The notes under the pieces are model-generated. The model worked only from the letters and a program-made list of their open reading frames with translations. It was not told the DNA's origin and ran no database searches. Shown piece by piece: positions 1 to 10,200 of a DNA stretch of 64,000 nucleotides. Numbering within the stretch: the stretch's first letter is position 1; each line of letters begins with the position of its first letter. The stretch lies in the NCBI GenBank assembly GCA_014905635.1, contig JABVCE010000012.1:1-64000 (forward strand), in the 5' to 3' direction. The DNA is from Scenedesmus sp. PABB004 (lineage: Eukaryota). The translations under genes and the position numbers were made by a program.

Positions 1-218
1 CGGCGCGGCGCGGCCGCCGGCGGCCGACCTCGGCGGCGCAGCCCGTGGCCGGGCAGCATGTTGGAGCCGCGCACCTCCGCTCGCAGGGGCGGCGGGGCAG
101 GGGAAACGGCGCACGGCAGCGCTGCGCCGCGGCGCCATACCTTCGACGGCGGCTCCGTCTGGGCCGGCCAGCGCGGCCGTTGCTGCCGCGGCGCCGCCGC
201 CGCGGCAGGCGCAGGGTC

Positions 219-1460
219 TTTTTTTTGTCGTAATGGGAGACCAAACAAGGAAGGAAGCCCAGGGGCAGCCCACTGAAAAAAGCTCCAACGGGAAGAGCGC
301 AGCAACCCCTCGTGAAAAGCCGCGCCCCGGCGCCCTCTGAGGAGGGACACACACATCACCCAACCAGAGGCCAACGCCCAACGGGCGCCCAAGGAGACCA
401 GGTGATGCCCCGCAGTCACCGAGGGCAGCAGCAGATCAGGCCACACACCCCCCTTCCGGTGCAGCGAGCCGCACCGGGCATCGGTGCAGCGAGGTGCACC
501 GGCTCCAAGCCGCCGCGTAGAGATCACGCGCAAACGCCAGCCACGCCGGCGGCGCCATGGGCCGGCCCCAGCGGCTGCAGCCCCCTCGCCGCGTGACGAC
601 AACACGCAGACACCAGCCCCGCGGCACGGGCGGACACCGCCCAGCCGTGCACGCTGCACAGGAGGCGTGGCACGCAGCCAACCGGGGTCGCAGCAGCCCG
701 GCTGCAGATCCCCGGCCCCTGCAGCTAGCCGCCGCGCTGCGCCGCCGCCGCCGCTGCCGCCGCCGCGGGGTCCTGCGCCGCCGGCGGGGCCTGCGCCGGC
801 GCCGCCGGCAGCGTCGGCACGCCCGTTGCGGTGAGCCCGAACTCCATTGTGAAGCGGCCCCCTTGCTGGCCCGTGCGCGCGATGACCCCCCCCGGTGGCA
901 CCACCGGCGGTCGAAGTCTGCCCGAGTGAGCTCCTTGCCGGAGCCCGACAGCCAGGAGCGCGGCACGCCCGCCAGCGCGCGCACATCCATCGCTGCCTTG
1001 CGCCAGTCTAGCACGACTGCGTCGCGCACCGAGTACACAAAGACGCGAATCGCCGCCACAGGCGCGTGCCCGGGCTGGCCGCCGCCGTGCCGCGCGCGGC
1101 GCGCGGCGAGCAGGGCGCGCAGCAGCAGCAAGCGGAGGTGCGTCCAGAGCTGCTGCAGCTCAGGCGCGACGCCCGACCTGGCAAAGTCGTCCGCCTGCAT
1201 CACCCTGGGCGGGGGCGGCGCGCGCGGGAGCCCGGCTGCAGCCGCGCCCAGAGGTGAGCAAACCACTGCAGCACCGCCGCCGCCACGGGCAGCCGCCGAG
1301 GACGTGGCCGAGCGTCTCCAGCGGCGGGTGTTGCTGCGGCGCGGCAGAGCGGGTGCGGGCACGCCAGCTCCGCTTGCTCAGGCGCCGCGCGCTGGTACGA
1401 GAAGACCCTGTCGCCGCTGACGCGCGCACCCCTCCGTGCAGCAGGCTCCAGCCAAAGTGG
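219..1460 (-). mobile_element. 3' part of an L1/Tx1-like LINE (family A): ORF2 C-terminus, 3' UTR and poly(A)
   Basis: Minus-strand frames give HFGWSLLHGG, CPHPLC...LETLGHVLGGCPVAAAVLQW (zinc-knuckle-like) and VRDAVVLDWRKAAMDVR...DFDRRWC, with frameshifts. A GT-rich UTR ends CCCATTACGAC-A8 at 219-226. Confidence 0.75.
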
Positions 1461-1746
1461 CCTCGCGGCCCTCCAGGCCAAGAGGGAGGCGGACGCGCGG
1501 GCGGCCGCGCGTGCCCGGTGTGTTGAGCGCGCCGCGGCTGCGGGCCAGCGCCTCATCTCCAGCATGCTGCCTGCGCCGGCTTGCCAGCATGCGGTCCCGC
1601 TTGCGGGCTGCTCGGTTGGTCGCACTTGGAGGACACAGACACGTGCGGTGGCGGGGAGGGAGTTGGTTTGGCCCGCCAGGCGTTCCGATGTGTGACGCCC
1701 GGAGCGTACCGGGCCCCGCCGTGTAACCAACAACAACAAAAAAAAA
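1461..1746 (+). mobile_element. 5'-truncated retroelement fragment, (CAA)n-tailed family
   Basis: Ends GGCCCCGCCGTGTAACCAACAACAAC-An. The 3' ~170 bp match 3870-4042 on the minus strand. Confidence 0.75.
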
Positions 1747-1757
1747 TTGCCAACGGG

Positions 1758-1861
1758 TTGCGGGCTGCTCGGTTGGTCATGCATGGAGGACACAGACACG
1801 TGCGGTAGCGGGGAGGGAGTTGGTTTGGCCCGCCATGCGATCCGTGTAACCAACAACAACA
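1758..1861 (+). mobile_element. Second short (CAA)n-tailed fragment in tandem
   Basis: Diverged copy of 1601-1737 with an internal deletion, ending CCGTGTAACCAACAACAAC. Confidence 0.7.
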
Positions 1862-2329
1862 GCCCCGCTGCCCCCGGCCACGCCTGACCCTGCCTGCGGC
1901 TGCGTGCCGGGCCTGTGGCGCGCCGGCTACGGCCACGCCTGCCCGGCCAGCGCGCGGCGGGAGGCGGGCCAGAAGCGCAGCTAGGCGGAGCGGCAGCGAG
2001 CAGAGACGCCGGACCCGGAGCCTGGCCTGCCGGCGTGGCAGAAAGTCTCGCCCCCGCGGCGCCACGTCATGGAGCGCGTCGGGCCGGCGGCGGCCGCGGC
2101 CGCCGCGGCGCGGCGCGAGGAGCAGGAGCAGCGGCGGGAGCAGCAGCTAGAGCTGCGCAGGACCCGAGTCCAGGCGCCGGCAGCCACCGACCTCGTCGAC
2201 CCGCTCACTGGTGCGACTGCGCCGGCGCACGCCGGCGAGCGCGCGGAGCCGCTCGCCTGGGCCGCCGGCTACGCGCGAGCGCAGCAGGCACGCATGCCGC
2301 GCGCCCTGCGCCACTTTGGCTGGAGCCTG
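1862..2329 (+). mobile_element. Inverted upstream segment of the family A LINE
   Basis: Frame DLVDPL...AWAAGYARAQQARMPRALRHFGWSL ends in 19 bp (CCACTTTGGCTGGAGCCTG, 2311-2329) that are the reverse complement of 1442-1460, where the minus-strand piece begins. Confidence 0.65.
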
Positions 2330-2556
2330 GGCTGCTGCCCTCTGTGACTGCGGGGCATCACCTGGTCTCCTTGGGCGCCCGTTGGGCGTTGGCCTCTGGT
2401 TGTGCCGTTGGGTGATGTGTGTGTCCCTCCTCAGAGGGCGCCGGGGCGCGGCTTTTCACGAGGGGTTGCTGCGCTCTTCCCGTTGGAGCTTTTTTCAGTG
2501 GGCTGCCCCTGGGCTTCCGTCCTTGTTTGGTCGGTCACCCATTACAACAAAAAAAA
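2330..2556 (+). mobile_element. Extra 3'-UTR-only copy of family A LINE with poly(A)
   Basis: Near-perfect reverse complement of ~219-432; ends CCCATTACAAC-An. Confidence 0.8.
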
Positions 2557-3750
2557 GGGCCGCGAGGTTGGCGGCGCGCCGGCCGGTGTTCATGGCCGCG
2601 AGCGCGACCATGCACACCACGCGCCACACGCCCGAGTGCAGCCGCCGCGCGCCGGCGCGCCGCGCCGCCGGCGGCGGCGCGAACATGAGCCAGACGTGCT
2701 CGTGGTGCAGGCGCGGCGCGCCATCGGCAGGGGGCGCGCACCACTCGGCGGGCAGCGAGTCGAGCATGGCTCGCACCACTGCCTGCGCGATGGGACACTC
2801 CCAGTAGTGGTGCGCGCGGCCGGGGCAGGCGACGCCGCAGAGGCAGACAGCCTCGGGCCGGGACACGCGCTCAGCGGACGCGAGACCGTCGAGCGCGAGC
2901 CGCCAGTACACCTCCTTCACCGCGTTGTCCCAGCGCAGCCGCCACAGCTTGCGCAAGGCGACCCTGACCGACGCGGTGAGGGCCAGCTCCCGGGGGAAGC
3001 GCGGCGTCGACGGCGGCCCCGTCCAGGCCGGCTTGCGCGGCTGCTGCAGCCGCGGCGGCGCCGCAGCGGCTGCGGCCGCGGCCGCCGCCGGGTCCGGCGC
3101 GGCCGCCGCCGGGACCGGCTGGGCCGCCGGCTGTTGCCCCGCGGCTGGGGGCAGCGCGCGCGGCGTCGGCGACGCCAGCCCCAGCGCCTGGCACGCAAAC
3201 GCGACGTGCTTGTCGCGCCGCTGCGTGTCGACGCCGCCCGGCATGACGAGCTGGAGCAGCGTCGCCTGCTTGACGGTGAGCTTGGTCAGCAGCACGGGCA
3301 CCGCCCGTGACCCTTGGTACAGCCGCCAGCCCAGGCTCGGCACCAGGTCCGCCTCGGCCCACTGGGCCGCGGGGTCTGGAGGGTGTGCCGGCATCACGCG
3401 CGTGCCTCGCGGGGGCAGCGGCGGTAGGGGCGCAACGCGCGCCGCCTCCACCCACCCCGCAGGCACCGCAGCCAGCAGCGCCTGGACGTCGACCCACTCG
3501 GCCCGCTCCGCGTTGGCGTCGTGGGCCAGCGCCTCCGGCCCGCCCGCCGCCCAGCGCTGCACGCGCACGAGGTCGCCGAGCGAGCGCACCAGCGTGCGCG
3601 CGTAGCCTGCGCAGCGGCCGCCGACCTCCGGCACCGGCCTGATCTGCAGGCCGCGCGGCCCCGAGGGGTACAAGTCGCGGATCAGGGGGTTGCCGAAGAC
3701 CGGCACGTCGGCGCACCAGGGCCCAGCCGCAGGGGTAGGCTCGAGCTAGA
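2557..3750 (-). mobile_element. L1-like LINE (family B) ORF2 C-terminal fragment
   Basis: ORF 2495-3706 reads VFGNPLI...LWRLRWDNAVKEVYWRLALDGL...CLCGVACPGRAHHYWECPIA...HVWL...VWRVVCMVALAAMNTGR. These motifs are homologous to the host LINE C-terminus at 17.5-18.2 kb. Confidence 0.8.
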
Positions 3751-3768
3751 TGACCGGCCCCGAAAACA

Positions 3769-3770
3769 TT

Positions 3771-3805
<35 letters not shown>

Positions 3806-3853
3806 GGTTACACGGCGGGGCCCGGTAGACTCCGGGCGCGTGAGCGCTCCACA
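3769..3853 (-). mobile_element. Short (CAA)n-tailed fragment with long microsatellite tail
   Basis: About 12 TTG units followed by GTTACACGGCGGGGCCCGG on the plus strand. Confidence 0.75.
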
Positions 3854-3858
3854 TAACA

Positions 3859-5330
3859 TTGTTATGGTTATTATTGTTGGTTACACGGCGGGGCCCGGTA
3901 TACTCCGGGCGCGTGAGCGTTCCACATCGAATCGCCTGGCGGGCCAAACCAACTCCCTCCCCGCCACCGCACGTGTTTGTGTCCTCCAAGTGCGACCAAC
4001 CGAGCAGCCCGCAAGCGGGACCGCATGCTGGCAAGCCGGCGCAAGGCGTGTAGCGAGCATGGCGCGGCCCAGGCGCGCGCAACTCACCAGCAAACTCACC
4101 TGCATGCCGCCCTCTGGTCTCGACCGCGCGCCGGAACGTGGCACAAGGCAGAAGAACCGCTGCGAGGACCAACCCCCGCGCGCCCCCCGCCCCGCCGCCG
4201 CCCCCGCGGCCGACGCCGCCTTCTCCCCCACCCCGGTCGAACGCACACCCAGCCCGGCGGTGCCCCGGGACGCCACACACACCGGCCTACAAAACTGGCA
4301 GCGGGGCAGCACCAAACACACACGCCCGCACACACACAAAGAGCCTCACGCACCGGCTGGCGTGAGCGGCGCCGGGCACGGTGCAGAGGAAGGGGGTGCT
4401 GCGCCGCTCAAGCAGCGCAACACACCATGGCGGGGTGCGCAGCGCGCGACAAAACCCGCGAGGCAGGCCCAGGACGACGCCGCTGCCGCCTGAAGGTCCT
4501 GCTGCGGCCGGAGCGCACGCGCTCACGGCCGCCTGTCGCCGCCGCCGCGCCTCGGGGGGAGGCGCGGCATGCAGCTTGCCGAAGAGGCGCTGACCAACGG
4601 CCTCGGCGCCCTCCACGCGCCTGGGTGGCGCAGCCTCCTGCGCGTCTGCCTCCGTCTTGGTCTCGAGGTTGTCACTGCTGGGGATGGCCATGCCGCCGGC
4701 GGGGTCCCACCACCACGGCCGCTGCGACGCTGCCGCTGCCGCCGCCGCTGCCGGCGACGCTGTCCCTGTCGCTGCCGCTGCCACCGTCGCCGGCGACCCT
4801 GCCGCTGCCGCCGCCGCCGGCCCAGCCATGCGGACCGACGCTCCACACGCCCGAGAGCCGTGGCCGCGCCCCGGCGCGCCGCGGCGGCCCGGCCTCGCCG
4901 GCGCCGCCGCGCGCCGCGCTGCCCCGCCGTGCGCGCCGTCGCGCACAGGCGGGGGCATGCCGCGCCGCCCCGGCCGGCCGGGCGCCCCCGCCAGGCCACC
5001 GGGCCTGCGCGCTGGGCGCCCGGTGCCACGGGGGCGGCGCGAGTGGGGCCGGCGGATCGCGATCCTCCGCCCCCCCCCGCCGCAGCGCGAGGGGGCGTTG
5101 CACCTCCACTGATGCGGCGTAGTGGCTGGCCAGGTGCCTCTGCCAGGCGCTGGGCCTGCACGCGAGGTCCACGGTCCAGCGGCCGCGCCGGGCGGGCCTC
5201 TAGGGCTGCCCGGCGCATCGCTCAGCCCAGTGCGGCGAGGCGCGGCCCCGCGGCCCGCCGCCCCGCCACCCATGGCTTCCCTGAGCTGAGGCCGCCTCAT
5301 CGCGGCGCGCTACACCCCGCGCGGCGCTGA
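3859..5330 (-). mobile_element. Longer, degenerate (CAA)n-family retroelement fragment; 5' limit uncertain
   Basis: Decayed tail at 3859-3880 and the shared 3' end. The peptide NLETKTEADAQEAAPPRRVEGAEAVGQRL (~4580-4670) resembles ALQAKREADARAAARARCVERAAAAGQRL at 1465-1555. Confidence 0.5.
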
Positions 5331-5433
5331 GCGCGGCGCTGAGCGCCGCGCGGGGCGCGGACGGAGATCCTACGTAGCCCTACATAGCTAGCAAGTGAAG
5401 TAAGTAAGGGGGCGGTCCTTGTTACCATTTAAC

Positions 5434-5472
5434 TTGTTGTTGTTGGTTACACGGCGGGGCCCAGTACGCTCC
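5434..5472 (-). mobile_element. Micro-fragment of the (CAA)n-tailed family
   Basis: TTGTTGTTGTTGGTTACACGGCGGGGCCCAGTACGCTCC on the plus strand. Confidence 0.7.
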
Positions 5473-5477
5473 CTTAC

Positions 5478-5647
5478 TTAGAGACGTTTTTTTTTTAACA
5501 TTTTAGAATATTTTCGGGCGATTTCTCTGATTTCTTTGGCATTATTCTGCATTATTTGAAATAACAAAAATGACAAATAATAAATAATATTCCCGTTTGA
5601 CATTGTGCTTTTATATATGTTTGCTCCGCCAGGAAATGCATCCTGTC
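5478..5647 (+). promoter_or_regulatory. AT-rich upstream region of the tRNA gene with a TATA-like element
   Basis: The only long AT-rich tract in the window; TTTTATATAT at ~5609-5618, 30-40 bp before the tRNA. Confidence 0.6.
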
Positions 5648-5720
5648 GGGGACGTAGCTCAATTGGTAGAGCGCTCGCTTCGCATGCGAGAGGTCCGGGG
5701 TTCGATTCCCTGCGTCTCCA
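5648..5720 (+). tRNA. tRNA-Ala (anticodon CGC)
   Basis: 73 nt. Acceptor stem GGGGACG/CGTCTCC with the G3:U70 Ala determinant, D arm GCTC...GAGC, anticodon arm CTCGC-TTCGCAT-GCGAG, GGTTCGATTCC B box, discriminator A, no encoded CCA. Confidence 0.97.
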
Positions 5721-5728
5721 GGCGCGAG

Positions 5729-5735
5729 TTTTTTT
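5729..5735 (+). terminator. Pol III terminator (T7)
   Basis: Run of seven T's 8 nt after the tRNA. Confidence 0.8.
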
Positions 5736-6403
5736 CTCTCGGAAGCAGGGCGTTCTTGCGCGGACGTGGCAGCGGCTGCGGCCGCGGCGGCAGCAGCCGT
5801 GGCAGCAGGCGGAGACGCCGACGACGTCGGCGCAGCCGCGCTGGGGTCGCAGGCGCCGGTGCAGCCGGCATCGCAGGCGGAGGGGGCGCCGCTGGGGCCG
5901 CAGGAGCCGCTGGAGCTGCTGCGGCCGCCCCGCGCGCCCCGGCCGCGCGAGCAGGCCCTGGACGAGGCGCTTGACGGGGACCCGGTCACCAAGCGCCAGC
6001 ACGCGGACGGCCCGCGCCCGGCTGCGAAGCCGCCGGACCTCGGCGGCCGGGTCGGCGCCGCGGAGCTCGGCGCCGGCGGCGGGCCGCTGCACTCGCCCTT
6101 CCCTCGGCCGTGGCGGCAGCCGGGGCGAGGGGACGGCATGGACTGGGCGCAGGTGGTAGACGGAGCGACGGCCGCGCCCGAGGGCGGCGCGGCGGCAGGT
6201 GTGCTGGTGGGACCGGAGGTGGCGATGGACGGCGGGGCGGGGGCCTGACCATACCATGCCCAGCAACGTGAGGTGTGTGAGGCTAGCCTGCCACAATGTC
6301 AACGGCCTGGCTGCCAAGGTGGCGGCGCTCACTTCCCACTGGGCGCGGCTGGGCCTGGACGTCGTGGCAGCAGTCGACACGCACGTGACCTGGTTTGAGA
6401 GGG

Positions 6404-6694
6404 ATAAGATAAGATAAGATAGTTACACCATAGGCTCGCGCCCATTGGTCCCGCGCCCCTTAAGGACGGTGTCCCGCATCTTCCAGATGTCCATCACATA
6501 ATCTGCCACAGAGTGAACAGCAAGTTGATCCTGCAGCATGTCACCAAGCAGATAACGCCGAGCCTGCTCCAGTGCTGCACATCGACTCGCCGCGCCGGTA
6601 ACGGCAGCCCGAGGGGCCGCCGCACCAGCAGAGATGCTGCTGACGCTGACCGCCGCGCTGACATCATCAGCCCGAGGGGCCGCCGTATCAGCCG
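6404..6694 (-). mobile_element. 5'-truncated RTEX-like LINE copy with (TATCT)n tail
   Basis: Matches 7225-7512; TSD TGAGAGGG at 6396-6403 and 6695-6702. Confidence 0.9.
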
Positions 6695-7213
6695 TGAGAG
6701 GGGGCCAGTTCAGCGACAGCTCAGCAACCTGGGGTGGATAAGCTATTGGTGTGAGGCGCTTGAGGGAGCAGGTCAGAGCCGCGCCCGTGCGGGCGTGGCG
6801 ATCCTGGTGCGGCGCTCGCTGCTGGCAAGCGGCGTGCTGCGCGTGCGGGGCGACGTCGCGGCCCCGACCGCGGGCGCGGCGCGCGGCCGGCTGCTGCGCG
6901 TGCCGCTGGAGTGGGCGGGGCAGCGTATCGACGTCGTGGGCGTGTACCTGCACGCCGGCGACCCAGCCGCCAACGCTGCCATCATCGGCGGCGAGCTGGC
7001 GGAGTGGCGGCAGCAGACGCAGCAACAGCGGACGGAGCTGGTGGTTTGCGGGGATTTCAATTTTGTGCCGGCGCCCGCCCTGGACCGCCGGGGCCTGGTT
7101 GGCCAGCAGCAGCAGCAGCAGCAGCACGCGCAGCAGGCCGGGCCGGGCCCGGCAGGGTCGGCGCCACCCCACCCGGGGTCGGCGCACGACCACGGCCCTG
7201 CGGCGGCGTGGGA

Positions 7214-10200
7214 TAAAAAAGATAAAGATAAAGATAGTTACACCACAGGCTCGCGCCCATTGGTCCCGCGCCCCTTAAGGACGGTGTCCCGCATCTTCCA
7301 GATGTCCATCACATAATCTACCACAAAGTGAACAGCAAGCTGATCCTGCAGCAGGTCACCAAGCAGATAACGCCGAGCCTGCTCCAGTGCTGCACACCGA
7401 CTCGCCGCGCTGGTAACGGCAGCCCGAGGGGCCGCCGTACCAGCAGAGACGCTGCTGACGCTGACCGCCGCGCTGACATCATCAGCCCGAGGGGCCGCCG
7501 TATCAGCCGTGACGCCGTTATCGCTGATACTGACCGCCGCGCCTGCGTCAGCAGCCCGAGGGGCCGCCGCGCTAGCCACGACGCCGGGGTCGCTGACGCT
7601 GCGCTGCTGCCGCCGCCGTCAGCTCCAGCCGCCAGCTCCTGGCTGCCGCTAGCCGCCATCTCAACACCAGCCGCACGCAAGTGCGCAGCCAGCGCGCCAG
7701 CATGCGCGCCCCGCCGCTGGCACGGAGGTCCGCAAGCAGCGCAACGAGGCGTGCAGGGCGGCCGGGCGCGCCGCACTCAAAGAGAAAGTGCGCGGCCGAT
7801 TCGGGCGCGCGCGCAGCGCAGCAGGGGCAGCGCTCTCGCTCCGCCTGCTGCGCGATCGACTCCCCCCGGCGCGCGTGGCTGTGGGCAGCGCGCAGCGGGA
7901 GGCACTCCATGCGCAGGCGCATGAGCAGCTCCGCCGGCCGGCCGCGCCGCGGGCCGCCGGGGCTGCAGAGCCAGCCCAGGTAATCCCGGGCGCACGGCAC
8001 GCCGGCGCGGCGCGTGAAGGAGCGAGTAGAGAAGACGCCGCTGCCAAAGGCCTCCCGATAGCGCCGCGCCACCGAGCCGCGGCCGGCGGCGGCCTGCCAG
8101 GCGCCATCGATGTGGTCGCCAGCAAGGTCGCAAAGGTGAGCAGCAAACTCGTTGCGGCTCATGCCAGCAGTAGCCACAACATCGACGCCGTAGTCCCGCA
8201 GGAGGCCGCCCACGCCCTTCCACCACGGCGTGGCGGGCCAGGCGTCGGCAACACGGCGCAACAGGCGGTCGGCTGGCAGGGCGCGCAGGCGGTGCCAGTA
8301 GCGCAGCATGAGGGTGTCGCAGACGACATGCAGCGGGGTGATGCCCAGCTCCTGCTGCAGGCACGCGTGCGACACGTTGGGCGGGCACCCGGTCATGCGC
8401 GCCACCAGCCCCGCCTGCCACGAGTCGAGCTCCGCGCGGCGCTCGACCGTGGGGCGGGCCCAGACCTGGGCCGCGTGCGTCAACACAGGCTGCACCACGC
8501 CCGTGAGCGTGAGCAGGCGCAGGCGCAGCGGCAGGCGCCGCTCGCGCAGCACCGCCGACTGAGCCCAGAACGCCTTGTCCGCAGCAGCCTTGCGGCGCTG
8601 CAGGTGGGCGTCCCAGCTGCGGGCGCTGCGATCGGCCGTCAGCCACGCGCCCAGGTACCTGTACCCAGTGACGCGCGGCACCTGCTCCGCGCCCCACGAC
8701 CACTGGTAGGCCGCCGCGGCAGCAGCCGCCGCAGCGACGGCACGCCGGGTGCGGCCCCCCGGCACCACCATCACCGCTGTCTTGGACGCGTCCGCCGAGC
8801 TGACACTGGCCTTGAGCCGCCAGCGGGCGAGCGCGGCGCGCGTGGCGCCAAGGAGCTGCTGCATCTCCGCCGGGCCGGCCGCAAGGCTGGCGCAGTCGTC
8901 CGCAAAGAGGAGCGCGACCAGCTTGTCGTCGGCGGCGCCTGGCTCGGGCGCGGGTGGCGCCGCGCCGGCGGGCGGCGCGGGCGGCGCGGCGGGCGCGGGC
9001 GCGGGCGCGGCGGGCAGCGGCACGCCCGGGCAGGCGGCCCACACCTCCTGGAGCACGGCGTTGATGAAGACGTTGAACATCGTAGTCGCCAGCGTGTCGC
9101 CCTGCTCCCACCCAAGGCCCGGCTCAAAGGCTGTGGACAGCGCGCCGCGGTGCCGCACCATGCTGCGCGTGCGGTCGGTCATGTTGGCGAGCACGCGGAA
9201 CAGGCGGCCGCGCACGCCCACGCGCCAGAGGTTGTGAAGCAGGCCGGAGCGCCACACGGTGTCGTAGGCCTTGGCGATGTCAAGGAACAGTACGTAGGTG
9301 TCGAGTCCCTGCGCGGCGCGGGCGTCGAGGCAGGAGGTGAGCATGAAGATGTTGTCGGCGGCGCTGCGCCCGGGCCGGAAGCCCTGCTGCGCGTCGTGCA
9401 GCAGGCCGTGGCCTTCAAGGTGGTCGGTGAGGCGCTTGTTGAGCACGAGGTTGTAGAGCTTGTCCACCGCGGAGCCGAGCGTGATGGGGCGGTAGTTGGC
9501 GGGGTCGGTCGGGTCGCCGCGCTTGTAGATCGGGGTGATGACGCCGGCGGTCTGGGCCTTGGTCTCCAGGGTGAACTGCAGGTTGAAGAAGGCGGCCAGC
9601 GCGCCCCAAAGGGGCTCGCCGCCGTACTTGAGCAGCTCGTTGGTGACGCCGTCGAGCGGGCTGGGGGCCTTGTTGTTGGAGAGGGCCTGCGCCTGGGCTG
9701 CGACCTCGGCGGCGGTGATGTCGGCGCTGAGGGGGTCCTGCTCGCTGTCGCTGCCGCTGGGGTCAGAGGCGGCGGCGCGGTAGCGCGCCACGTCCGCCTC
9801 GACCTGCTCGCGCCACTGCTCGTCAAAGTCTGCCCCGGCAGCAAACGCCGCGGGGTCGCTGACACTGGCGTACTGCGCTGCCAGGGCGTCTGCGATCTGC
9901 TGCTCGCCCACAACCATGCCAGTGCTGGCAGCAGCGCGCAGCGCTGCGGGGCCGCCAGGGCCCCGCCTGGCAGTGCCGGCAATCTGGCGCAGCTGCTCCC
10001 ATATGCCCTTGCCGTCGCCTGCCGCGTGACGGGCGTGAACCGCGTCAACGCGGCGGCCGAGCTCCGCTGCGCGCGCAGCCGCCACGGCGGACTTGACAGC
10101 CCGCTGTGCGGCGCACAGCTGGTCCCGCGCGGCGGCAAGCTCGGCAGCAGCCTGGGCAGGGGCGGCGTCAGCGTCGCCGCCGGCGGCCGCCCCCCGGGCG

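Noticed and set aside
219..2556. ~210-bp inverted repeats as DNA-transposon terminal repeats
   Set aside because: Both are poly(A)-tailed LINE 3' UTRs; there is no transposase or shared TSD.
5648..5720. tRNA-derived SINE head
   Set aside because: Intact cloverleaf, AT-rich upstream region and an immediate T7 terminator indicate a real tRNA gene.
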